A stretch of 54,185 bases of DNA from Vicinamibacteraceae bacterium (GCA_023384595.1 JAHDVQ010000010.1:1-54185), one strand, 5' to 3'. Shown: positions 28,901 through 37,966, numbered from the stretch's first letter. Made by a program: numbers and translations. Notes: a model not told the origin generated them from the letters alone.

Positions 28901-29085
28901 TGCACGTGACGTGCGGCGGTTTCGTCACCGACCGCCTCCGTGACGCGTCGCACGCGCTCGGCCGGTGGCAGGTCGAGCCACGACCACAGCGCGTGGCACG
29001 CGTCGACCAGCCCCCTGCCAGGCAAGGTGGAGCCGACGGCCTGCCGAAACAGCTGGCGGCCGTCCTCGCTGTCGATCGTCGTCAT
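25924..29085 (-). CDS. TPR/helical-repeat - CHAT domain protein
   Basis: About 700 aa of helical, TPR-like N-terminal region. CHAT motifs are CLHLATHG (His899, nt 26389-26391), LVVLAACHSG (Cys944, nt 26254-26256) and GALWPVDD. Convergent with the hydrolase gene across a 13-nt gap. Confidence 0.88.
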   Translation of the reverse strand: MTTIDSEDGRQLFRQAVGSTLPGRGLVDACHALWSWLDLPPAERVRRVTEAVGDETAARHVHDARPFVALRLQREAWPEGHAPVEPLADLEARCRDGTATEIEQCFVSRHAALTQIVEHIAVAFPGAVSPRAADPRQADLLAQLPPLTQAMRDCDVGLADTTRLRALETAIETFARRADTWDRPVPADHAWWLGMAQDVRARGAVEIGDLDLARRALADGIACFERAGHVADADRLRERVAALERGVKADFDAAAASLVRALLVAHDPMARAASLGGLAVESHRAGDRFEFARLARELASVLEEAGYVDPEPAFDRATGAWIVVASASVPGPELLGRLADVAGHWAVVCGARISERLGDDVRTDREGVARAEACLAALGPFVAQLVDEADALQREVSAELAWWLGEPGAGDPIDSGTGSSSSPGTAGFLERGAVLDAALYALRLACNVAPAEAQLDEARRLVSEAEHLASRLHLARAWLELAYVRLALGRFAEVAAATAAARAALSPIHPLTLECLASSAEREAYLDATRYDVRAHAAQRDSEAVIALCEPAIAELEAQRRRVSAPYQQAAFLATRAELYEHAVVANLKLGRDDALVDTTERLKAHFAGRRLERRRDRRRDGGADPWADAVERDFVSANRALAAVPAHSTAADALIERRRLLATARALVSAPGESADERPCTVAGVQAALADDEAALSWFWLGDDALVVLAVARGRFEKHTIILTPDDRRQLDRWLTCVQAFNAPRPALEAIVPAIDRIVDALAPRLVPEPVRAFIAGRTRLVLSPHRALHLFPFHAMPWTGGDAPEGAWLGTRFAVRYAPNLSSLLLPWSGCRDGQVVAVGIDRFAQAGWAPLEHSQAEAVDVAAVHGERGQFVANVTRAGFLDLSFTACRCLHLATHGRSVLAGESADDPLACDIALADGVLDGWQVSAIDLRAELVVLAACHSGQRAVGGRGLAQLPGDDLLGLQAAFFEAGAGSVLGALWPVDDASARLILVDLHRAFAAGAEPDVALQWALRAHLANPGRRHTRYDWAPFFVSAIRNTRRQATGEVGS

Positions 29086-29340
29086 GGGTTTCGCTTGCCG
29101 CAGGGTGGCGTGCGATCCGCGAGACCGTCGAGACCACTGAGGCCGCCCGGGTTCGTCGTCCCGGTGCGCCTCCCCGGCCGACGCGCGGCGAGGGCGCTTT
29201 CGAAACCGTCGGTCGGACGACGGAACTGACGCTTCGGCCGGCCAGGGCCCGCGTGCCGCAGGGGCGCGCCGCGCGGTCGGTGGCGGCCTCTGGAGACGTC
29301 CGCGGCGTTGGCACCCGTCATGCTCCGTCCTCCCGTCGTG

Positions 29341-30708
29341 TCACCGGTCGTTCGTGCGATCGTCGGGAGCAGGTGTCGAGGCCTGCGAGATCTCATGCGC
29401 GCGAGGCGCCATCGTGCGCGGACGCGCCGTTCCAGTGATCGGTCCGGCCCGCGGGCTGAGCGACGTGAAGTACTCGACGTGCCTGCGGCGCGACACGGCC
29501 TCGCTGTACCGCTCTTCGGCGAGCTGTCGGCCCCGCTGGGCGATGCGGCCATAGTACGCGGCGTCGTCCCAGAGAGCGCACACCGCATCGAACCACGATT
29601 CGATCTCCTGTTCGGTCGGGAGACGCCGCGACTCTGGCGTCATCCACGTCGGAACGGGCCGCACGCATCCGCCCCCGCCGACGTTCGCGTCGCCGCCGAC
29701 GACATCGGGAAGCGAGCCGCGGTCGCTGACGATCGCGGGAATGGCGTTGATCATCGCCTCGGCAGCCACCCGCCCGAAGGGCTCCTCCCAGACCGACGGC
29801 ACGAGCAGGATGCGGGTCAGCGCAAAGTAGTCGGCTGGCCTCGGCACGGCCGGCGCGGCCATGATCTGCGGATATCTGGAGAAGTCGATCCCGGGAATGG
29901 CGTTGAGGGCGCCGCCGCTCTCGCCCGACTGAATCACGAGGATGGGAATGTCGGGACGGCGCGATCCGAGCATGTCGGCGAGACGCGCAAACAGCATGAG
30001 GCCCTTGTGCAGGGCCGGGTGCACAAACGTGACGAACGCCCGCGTGTCGGTGGCCGCCACGACGGTCGACCAGTCGATCGGCGGCTCGATTGGCGTGCTG
30101 TCGAGCCCGATCTCCCGACGGTACAGGTCGGTCAAGAACTGGCTGCACGTGAAGGCGTGATCCACGTGCGCGAAGTAGCGGGCGTCGTAGTACCCGAATC
30201 CGCGAACGGCGTACGCCGTGGTGATCCCACGCGAGCGCGCCGCCGCCAGCGCGGCGCCAATCATCGGGTGCGCGTTGCAGGCAATCAGCTGATCCGGTGC
30301 GAACTCGTCGAGCAGGGTCGACAGCAGCGCGTCGTATTGCCGCGCTTCCAGCCGATCGGGCCGTGCCTCGTCGTTGTGGCGGGTGAGCAGCAGGGTCACC
30401 GGGGCCCCGCCGACGCGGTAGCGGACGACAGGGTGCGCTCTGGCCGTCGGTGCTCGGTGTCCCCCGTCCGCCCGGCCCGCTCCTGGACGCCGCGGCATCT
30501 CGACGCCGAGCGCCTCGAGGTGCTGCTCGATCGTGAAACCCACGCGGCCCTCGAACCGCGCCGTCGTCAGGACCCGGCACTCGTGCCCGGCGTCCACGAG
30601 CCACTCCACGATCGTGCGGAGGCTCTGGGTGACCCCCGCCGTGGGGTCGCTGATGCAGTGATTGTTCGCGAGCAGGAAGCGCACGCGCGGAGCGTACAGA
30701 GCGTGCAT
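29341..30708 (-). CDS. glycosyltransferase family 4-like protein
   Basis: Internal ATG at 30708 (MHALYAPRVRFLLANN...). GT-B motifs LLVPSVWEEPFGRVAAEAMINAIPAIVSDRGSLPDVV. The C-terminal tail is low-complexity, so the true stop or frame near 29341 is less certain. Confidence 0.78.
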   Translation of the reverse strand: MHALYAPRVRFLLANNHCISDPTAGVTQSLRTIVEWLVDAGHECRVLTTARFEGRVGFTIEQHLEALGVEMPRRPGAGRADGGHRAPTARAHPVVRYRVGGAPVTLLLTRHNDEARPDRLEARQYDALLSTLLDEFAPDQLIACNAHPMIGAALAAARSRGITTAYAVRGFGYYDARYFAHVDHAFTCSQFLTDLYRREIGLDSTPIEPPIDWSTVVAATDTRAFVTFVHPALHKGLMLFARLADMLGSRRPDIPILVIQSGESGGALNAIPGIDFSRYPQIMAAPAVPRPADYFALTRILLVPSVWEEPFGRVAAEAMINAIPAIVSDRGSLPDVVGGDANVGGGGCVRPVPTWMTPESRRLPTEQEIESWFDAVCALWDDAAYYGRIAQRGRQLAEERYSEAVSRRRHVEYFTSLSPRAGPITGTARPRTMAPRAHEISQASTPAPDDRTNDR

Positions 30709-30731
30709 CGACCCGTCAACCGTGAGAGGGC

Positions 30732-31673
30732 ATGAGCGAGAGGCCACGAGCCAGGGAGCGTGAGATGTCTCGAGAAGAACGTTCGGCAGAGGTCGAGGAG
30801 AGATCTGAGCAGTTGCTGCGGGGGCCACTGCAGCACGTGCGGGCTGCGGCGCTCGCCGCGGTGCTCGTACCGCTGGCCTCGGTGGCGGCCGCACCGGCCA
30901 TGGCCCAGACCTGCGCGTCGGGTGGGGCGACGGTGGGTGACTTCGTCTGGCACGATGCCAACGGCAACGGCGTACAGGACGCGGGAGAACCCGGGATCTC
31001 CAGCGCCGTGGTGTCGGCAGTGTCGGCCGACGGCACGCACGTCACTTACACCGACGAGATGGGGTACTACCTCTTCTACGGTCTGTGTCCCGGCGAGTAC
31101 CGCATCGAGGTGCAGATCCCGCCGGGCATGCAGCCGTCTCCCGTGTCGCAGGGTGGCGATCCAGCCCTCGACAGCAACGGGGCTCCTGACGGCGCTGGCC
31201 ACAGCGTCGCGCGGGTTCAGGCCGAGGCATGGTCCTACGACGACTCGATCGACTTCGGCTTCGTCGAGTCGGCCCCGCCTGGTGGCGAGGTCGGAACCGG
31301 CACGCCCGGCTACTGGATGAACCATCCCGAGGCGTGGCCGGTCGAGGAAATCACCGTGGGCGGGAAGACCTACTCGAAGAGCGAGGCACTCGCCTGGCTC
31401 TGGAAGAAGGGTGCCGACCGTACCCTCACCATGTTCAGCTCGCTCGTGCCCGCGATGCTGAACGTCCTTGCCGGCACCGATGCGAGCTGCGTCCAGGCCA
31501 CCATCGATGCGGCCAACGCCTGGATGTCGGCGCCGCCGGTCGGCTACGGGCCTGTCGGCAGCAGGGTGCACCCGGCGAGCTATGCGTGGAAGGTGGGCGA
31601 GCCGCTCCATCGCACGCTCGACAACTACAACAACGGCATGTTGTGCGCGCCGAGCCGCGACGCGCTCGAATAG
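30732..31673 (+). CDS. secreted SdrD B-like (Cna-B-type) domain protein
   Basis: GDFVWHDANGNGVQDAGEPGI...TYTDEMGYYLFYGLCPGEY is the SdrD B-repeat signature. The likely true start is GTG 30837, giving the signal peptide MRAAALAAVLVPLASVAAAPAMA. Confidence 0.75.
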   Translation: MSERPRAREREMSREERSAEVEERSEQLLRGPLQHVRAAALAAVLVPLASVAAAPAMAQTCASGGATVGDFVWHDANGNGVQDAGEPGISSAVVSAVSADGTHVTYTDEMGYYLFYGLCPGEYRIEVQIPPGMQPSPVSQGGDPALDSNGAPDGAGHSVARVQAEAWSYDDSIDFGFVESAPPGGEVGTGTPGYWMNHPEAWPVEEITVGGKTYSKSEALAWLWKKGADRTLTMFSSLVPAMLNVLAGTDASCVQATIDAANAWMSAPPVGYGPVGSRVHPASYAWKVGEPLHRTLDNYNNGMLCAPSRDALE

Positions 31674-31721
31674 ACGCCGTCGGGTCGGCAACTGGCGCGG
31701 GTGGTGGTCCGCCCGCGCCAT

Positions 31722-32231
31722 TCATCGCGGACGCGAGGCCCCCGACAGCGGCGAGACGGCCAGCCTCTTGAGCAGCTGAATCTGGCCGGCGTGGTAGAGG
31801 TCGTGCGCGGCCGCGCCTGCGACCAGGTCGCTGAAGGTGAACGGGCTGCCCGGCGCGCGTCGTCCGAGTCGGTCCGCAGGCAGGGCCGCCACGGCCTCGC
31901 GCAGCCTGGCGTGCATGTGTCCGAGCAGCGCGACGTCGGCATGCCACGCTCTTGCGTCGAACTCGTCCGGCCGCGCGAACCAGTCGGATCCCTTGAGCGG
32001 GAACGATCCGCGGCGCTCTCCGGTCAGCCGACGCCACACCGCGTACTTCCAGTACGCGGTGTGCACCACGATCTCCCAGATGCTGTGGCGCCCCTGTGCC
32101 GGACGCCAGGCGACCTGCGCCGGTGTGATGCGGCGGATCGATCCTCGAAGGTTCGTGCCGTGCCACGATCGGTGATCGTACGCCTGGTCGATGATCGCCA
32201 GCAACGGCCGCACGTCACGCGACCCGGTCAT
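31722..32231 (-). CDS. DinB family protein
   Basis: SWHGTNL...WEIVVHTAYWKY...AAAHDLYHAGQIQLLKR gives the DinB four-helix His triad pattern. Confidence 0.85.
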   Translation of the reverse strand: MTGSRDVRPLLAIIDQAYDHRSWHGTNLRGSIRRITPAQVAWRPAQGRHSIWEIVVHTAYWKYAVWRRLTGERRGSFPLKGSDWFARPDEFDARAWHADVALLGHMHARLREAVAALPADRLGRRAPGSPFTFSDLVAGAAAHDLYHAGQIQLLKRLAVSPLSGASRPR

Positions 32232-32477
32232 CGTCGGCTCCTCGTCGCCGCATGCCTGTCACCTTCCGTCACACGCTCGTGCGGCGCACGCACAGGCGGC
32301 ACCCTCGATCGAGACGCGGGGCCGTCGTCGCGCGCAGGCTCGTCGCAGTTGGCGCACGCTGCACCGGTCGATCGGATGCTCGCCGAGGGTCGGCAGTATA
32401 CCACTGCGAGGGACCGCACGATGCGGCCCCCACCCGCTTCCCCCCGCCACCACGAGCGCCTGCCAGCCGACGGCCCA

Positions 32478-32506
32478 TTGACACGCCCCCGGCTCGGGCC
32501 GATCAT
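32478..32506 (+). promoter_or_regulatory. candidate sigma-70 promoter for the OmpA-family gene
   Basis: TTGACA (32478-32483), a 17-nt spacer, then GATCAT (32501-32506), 47 nt upstream of the ATG at 32554. Motif match only. Confidence 0.3.
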
Positions 32507-32553
32507 CACGCCAGGCCCCCGGTCGCGCGGCCGCGCGAGATGGGAGGTCGGCC

Positions 32554-33375
32554 ATGAGACCGCAAGAATGGCGCCGGTTCCCGGTCCTGACGCTGTTGGC
32601 CCTGTTGTGGGTCGTCCCCGCCATGTCGCAGGACGCCGCCGGCTGCAAGGACCACCCGCTCCTCACCCGCATTCCCGATTTCCTGATCGACGACTGTGAG
32701 ACGAGCGAGTTCGACTCGCATCGCTTCTACGACCGTCACGAGAACGAGGTGGTGTTCGAGGGCCGGAAGACCACGCTTGGGTACTGCCTCCGGGACGGCG
32801 GGCGCGAGCGGTCGTTCCTGGAGATCTGGAGGAACTACGCGAACGCCATCACGACCGCCGGCGGTTCGGTCGAATACCGGACGGCTCACAGCGGCAACCT
32901 CCACCTCAGGCGGGACGGACGCGAGTTCTGGGCCTGGCTCAACGATGCCGGAGGCGGCTGCTTCACGCTCGTCATCGTCGAGCAGCAGGCCATGGTCCAG
33001 GAGGTCACGGCGCGCGAGATGCTCGACACGCTGCGCCGGGACGGCGTGGTCGCCCTTTCCATCACCTTCGAGACCAACAAAGCCGTCATCCGTCCGGAGT
33101 CGCAGGGTCTCATCGAGCAGGTGGCAGCGATGCTCACGACCGAGTCGAACCTCGTCGTGAGCATCGAGGGGCACACCGACGACACGGGGACGCCGGCGCA
33201 CAACCGGTTGCTGTCGCAGCAGCGTGCCGAGGCGGTGGTGGCTGCGCTCGTGGGCCGGGGCATTGCGGCCGGGCGGCTGAGCGCGACTGGTTGGGGGCAG
33301 GAGAAGCCCGTGGCCGACAACCGCACCGAAGAGGGGCGGGCCAGGAACCGGCGGGTGGAGATCGTCAGGAGATGA
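32554..33375 (+). CDS. OmpA-family (OmpA/MotB C-terminal domain) secreted protein
   Basis: Signal peptide ...LTLLALLWVVPAMSQ. C-terminal motifs ITFETNKAVIRPES...VSIEGHTDDTGTPAHNRLLSQQRAEAV...GWGQEKPVADNRTEEGRARNRRVEI. Confidence 0.9.
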   Translation: MRPQEWRRFPVLTLLALLWVVPAMSQDAAGCKDHPLLTRIPDFLIDDCETSEFDSHRFYDRHENEVVFEGRKTTLGYCLRDGGRERSFLEIWRNYANAITTAGGSVEYRTAHSGNLHLRRDGREFWAWLNDAGGGCFTLVIVEQQAMVQEVTAREMLDTLRRDGVVALSITFETNKAVIRPESQGLIEQVAAMLTTESNLVVSIEGHTDDTGTPAHNRLLSQQRAEAVVAALVGRGIAAGRLSATGWGQEKPVADNRTEEGRARNRRVEIVRR

Positions 33376-33400
33376 CGCGTATCATGGCCACTGGCTGGAG

Positions 33401-33880
33401 GTGCCCGTGGATCCCGAGACCCGGCGACAACTCGTGCAGCAGTACCGCGACGGCGTGCAGGCGGTCCTCGATGCGCTCGACGGCATCACCGACGCCGAGC
33501 TCGATGCCCGGCCGGGACCGGGCCAGTGGACCGCCCGCGAGATCGTCCACCACCTGGCCGACTCCGAGATGACGAGCGCCATTCGATTGCGGTTGCTCGT
33601 CGCCGGCGATCGGCCCGCCATCGTCGGCTACGACCAGGACGCCTTCGCGCGCCGGCTCTTCTACGATCGCCCGATCGACGCGTCGCTCCTCGCGTTCCGT
33701 GCGGCGCGGGAGACCACCGCGGAGCTGCTCGACCGGCTCTCGGAGGACGACTGGCGCCGGAGCGGCACGCACAGCGAGATCGGGCCGTACTCGGTCACGC
33801 TCTGGCTCGAGATCTACGCCGAGCACGCCGTGAAGCACGCCGGGCAGATTCGCCGGGCGCGGGCGAGCGCCCGCACCTGA
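33401..33880 (+). CDS. DinB family protein
   Basis: GTG start. Motifs WTAREIVHHLADSEM and WLEIYAEHAVKHAGQI. Confidence 0.85.
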   Translation: MPVDPETRRQLVQQYRDGVQAVLDALDGITDAELDARPGPGQWTAREIVHHLADSEMTSAIRLRLLVAGDRPAIVGYDQDAFARRLFYDRPIDASLLAFRAARETTAELLDRLSEDDWRRSGTHSEIGPYSVTLWLEIYAEHAVKHAGQIRRARASART

Positions 33881-33884
33881 ACGT

Positions 33885-33945
33885 CGCCGCCGTTCCGTGC
33901 GCGGTGGTCCGGGCGCTGTGACCGCCGCCGTTCCGCGCGCTGTGA
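33885..33945. repeat. direct repeats in 72-nt spacer (CGCCGCCGTTCCG x2; GCGCTGTGA x2)
   Basis: 13-mer at 33885-33897 and 33923-33935. 9-mer at 33913-33921 and 33937-33945. Immediately upstream of the 33953 ATG. Confidence 0.8.
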
Positions 33946-33952
33946 GGTACCC

Positions 33953-34261
33953 ATGAAGGTGCTCGTCGACGTCTCGGTCGTGCCGCTCGGTGTCGGCGTC
34001 TCGGTCTCGAAGTACGTGGCGGCCTGCGAGCGCGTGCTCCAGGAAGCCGGACTGAAGACGGCGCTGCACGCCTACGGGACCAACGTGGAGGGTGAGTGGG
34101 ACGCGGTGTTCGCGGCCGTGAAGCGCTGCCACGAGGTGGTACACGCGATGGGCGCACCGCGCGTGTCGACGACCATGCGCGTCGGCACGCGCACCGACCG
34201 CGAGCAGAGCCTCGAGGACAAGGTCAGGAGCGTCGAGGCGAAGCTACGCGGCGATGGCTGA
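33953..34261 (+). CDS. MTH1187/YkoF-like (DUF77) thiamine-binding family protein
   Basis: MKVLVDVSVVPLGVGVSVSKYVAACERVLQEAGLKTALHAYGTNVEGEWDAV is the family-typical N-terminus. Confidence 0.85.
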   Translation: MKVLVDVSVVPLGVGVSVSKYVAACERVLQEAGLKTALHAYGTNVEGEWDAVFAAVKRCHEVVHAMGAPRVSTTMRVGTRTDREQSLEDKVRSVEAKLRGDG

Positions 34262-34270
34262 GGCCGGCGT

Positions 34271-35434
34271 TCAGTAGAGCAGCGCGGCCTGGCGCGCCGG
34301 CAGGAAGGCGGCGACGTCCGGTTCCCAACCCTCCGCGATCGCCCGCGGGTCGGTATGCGCCTCGATCTGCTCACGCAGCCCGCTCGACCCGGCGAGGATG
34401 TCGATCGGCATCTTGTCCCACTCGTACTCGTAGGGCGGAGGACGCCACGCGAACTGCGCGGGGTCCTGCACGTGGATCTCTCGCAGCCACGCCACCGCGG
34501 CCGCGACCGGGCGGAACACGTGGCGGTCGGTCACGTGCAGCTGGCAGCCGTGGCAGGTCGTCCCCACGTGCTTGTGGAACGTGGGCTCGAAGGCGACGGA
34601 CCTGAACCACGCGCCCGGCAGGGCGTACGCGTTGAGCGCGGCGGCCAGCCGATCGGCGTGCACCCACGGCGCCCCCATGATCTCGAAGGGCCGCGTCGTG
34701 CCGCGGCCCTCCGAGAGCAGCGTCCCCTCGAAGAGGACCGCGCCCGGGTACACCATGGCCGTGTCGAGCGTCGGCATGTTCGGCGACGGGATGACCCATG
34801 GCAGCCCCGTCTCGTCGAAGAACCACTCGCGCCGCCAGCCCTCCATCGCGACGACGCTCAGATCGGCGCCGAGGCCGAACGTCTCGTTGAACAGCCGCGC
34901 GAGCTCCCCAATCGTCATGCCGTGCCGCATGGGGATCGGGAACAAGCCCACGAACGATTCGAATCCCTCCTCGAGCACGGGGCCTTCCACCTCGAGGCCG
35001 CCAATCGGGTTCGGCCGATCGCAGACGACGACCGGCAGCCCGTGGCGGGCGGCCGCCTTCAGGCAGTTGGCCATCGTGTAGATGAACGTGTAGACCCGGG
35101 TCCCCACGTCGGCGAGGTCGATGACGAGGACGTCGAGATCGTCGAGCATCGCCGCGGTGGGCTCGCGCGTCTCGCTGTAAAGCGAGTACACGGGTACCCG
35201 CCGACGCGCGTCGCGCGCGTGCGGCGTCTCGATCATGTTGTCCTGCAGGTCGGCCTGGAAACCGTGCTGGGGGCCGAAGAGCGCGGCCAGCTCGGCGCGG
35301 TCGTGCGCCAGCAGGCGATCGGCGGTGTGGGCGAAGCGCGCGTCGACCGACGCGGGGTTCGCCACGAGACCCACCCGCCGGCCGTCGATGGCCGAGGAGG
35401 CCAGCAGCCTGTCGATGCCGAGGACGACCGCCAT
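34271..35434 (-). CDS. DUF1343 family protein (NamZ-type exo-beta-N-acetylmuramidase-like)
   Basis: VGLVANPASV...LFGPQHGF...VLVIDLADVGTRVYTFIYTM...VVVCDRPNPIGG... Confidence 0.9.
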   Translation of the reverse strand: MAVVLGIDRLLASSAIDGRRVGLVANPASVDARFAHTADRLLAHDRAELAALFGPQHGFQADLQDNMIETPHARDARRRVPVYSLYSETREPTAAMLDDLDVLVIDLADVGTRVYTFIYTMANCLKAAARHGLPVVVCDRPNPIGGLEVEGPVLEEGFESFVGLFPIPMRHGMTIGELARLFNETFGLGADLSVVAMEGWRREWFFDETGLPWVIPSPNMPTLDTAMVYPGAVLFEGTLLSEGRGTTRPFEIMGAPWVHADRLAAALNAYALPGAWFRSVAFEPTFHKHVGTTCHGCQLHVTDRHVFRPVAAAVAWLREIHVQDPAQFAWRPPPYEYEWDKMPIDILAGSSGLREQIEAHTDPRAIAEGWEPDVAAFLPARQAALLY

Positions 35435-35455
35435 CGCCTCCTATTGTGTCACGCG

Positions 35456-36064
35456 TCAGCGAAGGCGCCGGCGGGCCAGGCTCGCCGCGCCGAGCAGGCC
35501 CAGGCCGACGAGCAGCGCGGTGGTCGGCTCGGGGACTTGCGGCGGCGGACCGGTCACGGCCGTCGACGTCAGGGCGCCGTAGCCCGGCTCGCCGCGCACC
35601 ATCATGCTCGCGTACCGGCTGGTCGGCACCAGGTGGTTGCCGTAAGGATCGTCGGTCGGCGGCGTTCCCCCCGGCGTGGTCCAGCGCAACGTGAGGTCGC
35701 CGGAGAGGCGGCCGAGGTTGTGCAGCGCCGTCTGGCGAAGCATCGCCAGATCGAGCGTGTCCTGGACGGTCGTGCTCAGCGGAATGCTGTTGATGACGAG
35801 ACGGCTCAACTCGAAGTAGCCGCCGGGCCTGATCTCACCCGCCCGGTCCAGCAGGTCGCCACAGCACTCGGCCACCGAGCCGTACGAGGCGCTGCCGATG
35901 CCGTCGACCGAGAAGACCGCCTGTTGCCCATCCCAGGTGAGGACGAACCCCCTGGTCTGGCCGTCGGCCCAGCCATAGCCACCGGACGAGGGAACGATTG
36001 GGGACGCCGTGAGGGAGGCAGGCACCAGGCCCACGAGGGCCAGGACGAGTGGCATCAGACGCAT
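35456..36064 (-). CDS. PEP-CTERM sorting-domain secreted protein
   Basis: Internal ATG at 36064 (MRLMPLVLALVGLVPASLTA). C-terminus is VPEPTTALLVGLGLLGAASLARRRLR. Confidence 0.8.
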   Translation of the reverse strand: MRLMPLVLALVGLVPASLTASPIVPSSGGYGWADGQTRGFVLTWDGQQAVFSVDGIGSASYGSVAECCGDLLDRAGEIRPGGYFELSRLVINSIPLSTTVQDTLDLAMLRQTALHNLGRLSGDLTLRWTTPGGTPPTDDPYGNHLVPTSRYASMMVRGEPGYGALTSTAVTGPPPQVPEPTTALLVGLGLLGAASLARRRLR

Positions 36065-36294
36065 GACGCTCTCCAGAAATCGGTTGCCGGATGCTACGAC
36101 CTCGAACCCGCAGGCGGGGTCGTGCACCTCACAGCAGCAGCGACGGGGGGGAGCGTCCGCCGGACGATGCCAGAAACGAAGGCTCCCTATTCTACAACAG
36201 CGGCCGGTTCCCGGCCAGCCCACCTCGACCGGCCACCTCAACCGACACGGTTCGACCGCACCCTCTCGGGCCGCCCAGACCCGTGGCGTACCGC

Positions 36295-36738
36295 TCATGG
36301 CCTTCGGTGCGATGGAACCTCCGCGCACTCCGTGTAGACCCACCGCCCGTCGTCATCGCGGTCGTCTTCGGCCTCGAACTTGACACGTCGCTCCCGCACC
36401 TGGAGCCCCGACGCCACGTCGAACCAGTCGATCCGCTCCGGCAATTCCGGCAGGTAGTCGAACTCGGCGTGCCGTGGCGCCGCCCACCGCAAGCGGACGG
36501 GAAAGCGGTCGGCCGGCCGCAGGCCATTCATCCTCGGACGGTAGCGCGCCGTGCCGGCGAGGCCCGAGCGATCGACGATGTGGAGATCGACGCCGGCGTC
36601 TCGCGCCACCCGGCGACCGGCCCGCATGGCCGCGGACAGCTCGAGGAACGGCTCGGCGAGCACCTCGCCGGCCCTCACGAGGCTCCAGCCCCGTCCTTCA
36701 CGCACCACGCGCACGTCGTCGTCCTGCCAGCCGGTCAT
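36295..36738 (-). CDS. hypothetical protein (N-terminus resembles DUF2188)
   Basis: ATG at 36738. WQDDDVRVVREGRGWSLVRAGEVLAEPFLELSAAMRAGRRVARDAGVDLHIVDRSG. Confidence 0.5.
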   Translation of the reverse strand: MTGWQDDDVRVVREGRGWSLVRAGEVLAEPFLELSAAMRAGRRVARDAGVDLHIVDRSGLAGTARYRPRMNGLRPADRFPVRLRWAAPRHAEFDYLPELPERIDWFDVASGLQVRERRVKFEAEDDRDDDGRWVYTECAEVPSHRRP

Positions 36739-36871
36739 CGCTTCTCGAGGCCGTAGGCGACCAGGTGACACCCGGGCCGCGCAGAGCCGTGCTCCTCGAT
36801 TCCTCAATCGGCATCGGGCCGCTGAAGGTGAGCGCGTTCCAACGCCGGGCGTGCCGTGCTAGGTTTTCCAG

Positions 36872-37966
36872 GTGCCACACCGAAGACGGCCGCTGTCGGC
36901 GGCCAGCGCAGACCAGAGTGGGTCGCGCGGCGCGAGCCCCGCGGAAGGCGACACCGGCATCGAATGGCGCCGTTTCACGGCCGACCGAGGCGATGCGCGC
37001 AAGCGCACCGATCTCGCCGTCGTGCGTCATCTCGCCGATCGACCTGATGTGTCGCGGTCGAGGGTGCGTCGGTGGGTGGAAGCGGGTCGGGTCCTCGTCA
37101 ACGGCGAGCCCGTGGGGCGCCCGGCGGTCAGGCTCGCGCAGGACGACGTGGTCGAGGTGGGGCTGCCGCCGCTCGTCAGGCGCCCGCGCCCGGCGCCCGA
37201 GCCGCTGCCGCTCGATGTCGTCTACCAGGACGAAATGCTGCTCGTCGTGAACAAGCCGCCGGGCGTCGTCGTTCACCCCGCCCATGGCCATCGTGGGGGC
37301 ACGCTGTTCAATGCCCTCCTGTGGCACGCGCGGAGCTGGCCCGTCGGGCAGCGGCCGTCGCTCGTCCATCGCCTCGACCGGCACACGTCAGGCCTGCTGC
37401 TCGTCGCGCGCACGCGGGTCGTTCACGCGCGACTCGCCAGGTTGCTGGGGTCGCGCGCAGCCGAGAAGGACTACCTCGCCGTCGTTCACGGCCGGGCGCG
37501 ACGCTCGAGGTTCGACGTCACGCTCCGGCTCGCGCCCGATCCCACCGATCGGCGGAGAGTCGTCGCGTCGGCGACTGAGGGCCGCCCGAGCGTGACGCGC
37601 GTCGAGCGCCTTGCCCTGTCGTCGGGCCCGCGTCGGGGGCTCTCCCTCGTGCGGTGCCGGTTGCTGACGGGACGCATGCACCAGATTCGAGCGCACCTCT
37701 CCGCGGTCGGGCTGCCGCTTGTCGGCGACCCCGTCTATTGCTGCGCCGAGAATGTGGCGTGGCCCGACGACTCCGGGCTGTCGGAGGTGTGCCGGCGTTT
37801 CGCCCGTCAGGCGCTGCACGCGTGGCGCCTGACGTTTCCCCATCCGGTCAGCGGCCGTCGTCTCGAGTTCGAGGCCAGCCTGCCCGATGACATGGCGGAG
37901 CTCGTGGCGGCTGCGGGGTTCACGAGTCCGGCACTGCGGTTGATGGGGTCGTCGCGGCCCCGGTGA
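36872..37966 (+). CDS. RluA-family (RluD-like) pseudouridine synthase with S4 domain
   Basis: GTG start. S4-like RVRRWVEAGRVLVNGE. Catalytic motif LVHRLDRHTSGLLLVA. Also LTGRMHQIRAHL. Confidence 0.9.
   Translation: MPHRRRPLSAASADQSGSRGASPAEGDTGIEWRRFTADRGDARKRTDLAVVRHLADRPDVSRSRVRRWVEAGRVLVNGEPVGRPAVRLAQDDVVEVGLPPLVRRPRPAPEPLPLDVVYQDEMLLVVNKPPGVVVHPAHGHRGGTLFNALLWHARSWPVGQRPSLVHRLDRHTSGLLLVARTRVVHARLARLLGSRAAEKDYLAVVHGRARRSRFDVTLRLAPDPTDRRRVVASATEGRPSVTRVERLALSSGPRRGLSLVRCRLLTGRMHQIRAHLSAVGLPLVGDPVYCCAENVAWPDDSGLSEVCRRFARQALHAWRLTFPHPVSGRRLEFEASLPDDMAELVAAAGFTSPALRLMGSSRPR

Noticed and set aside
33881-33952. Possible TPP riboswitch upstream of the thiamine-binding-family gene
   Set aside because: The spacer is only 72 nt and lacks the conserved CUGAGA and ACCUGAUCUGGAUAAUGCCAGCG-like TPP aptamer elements. 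It contains only short direct repeats.
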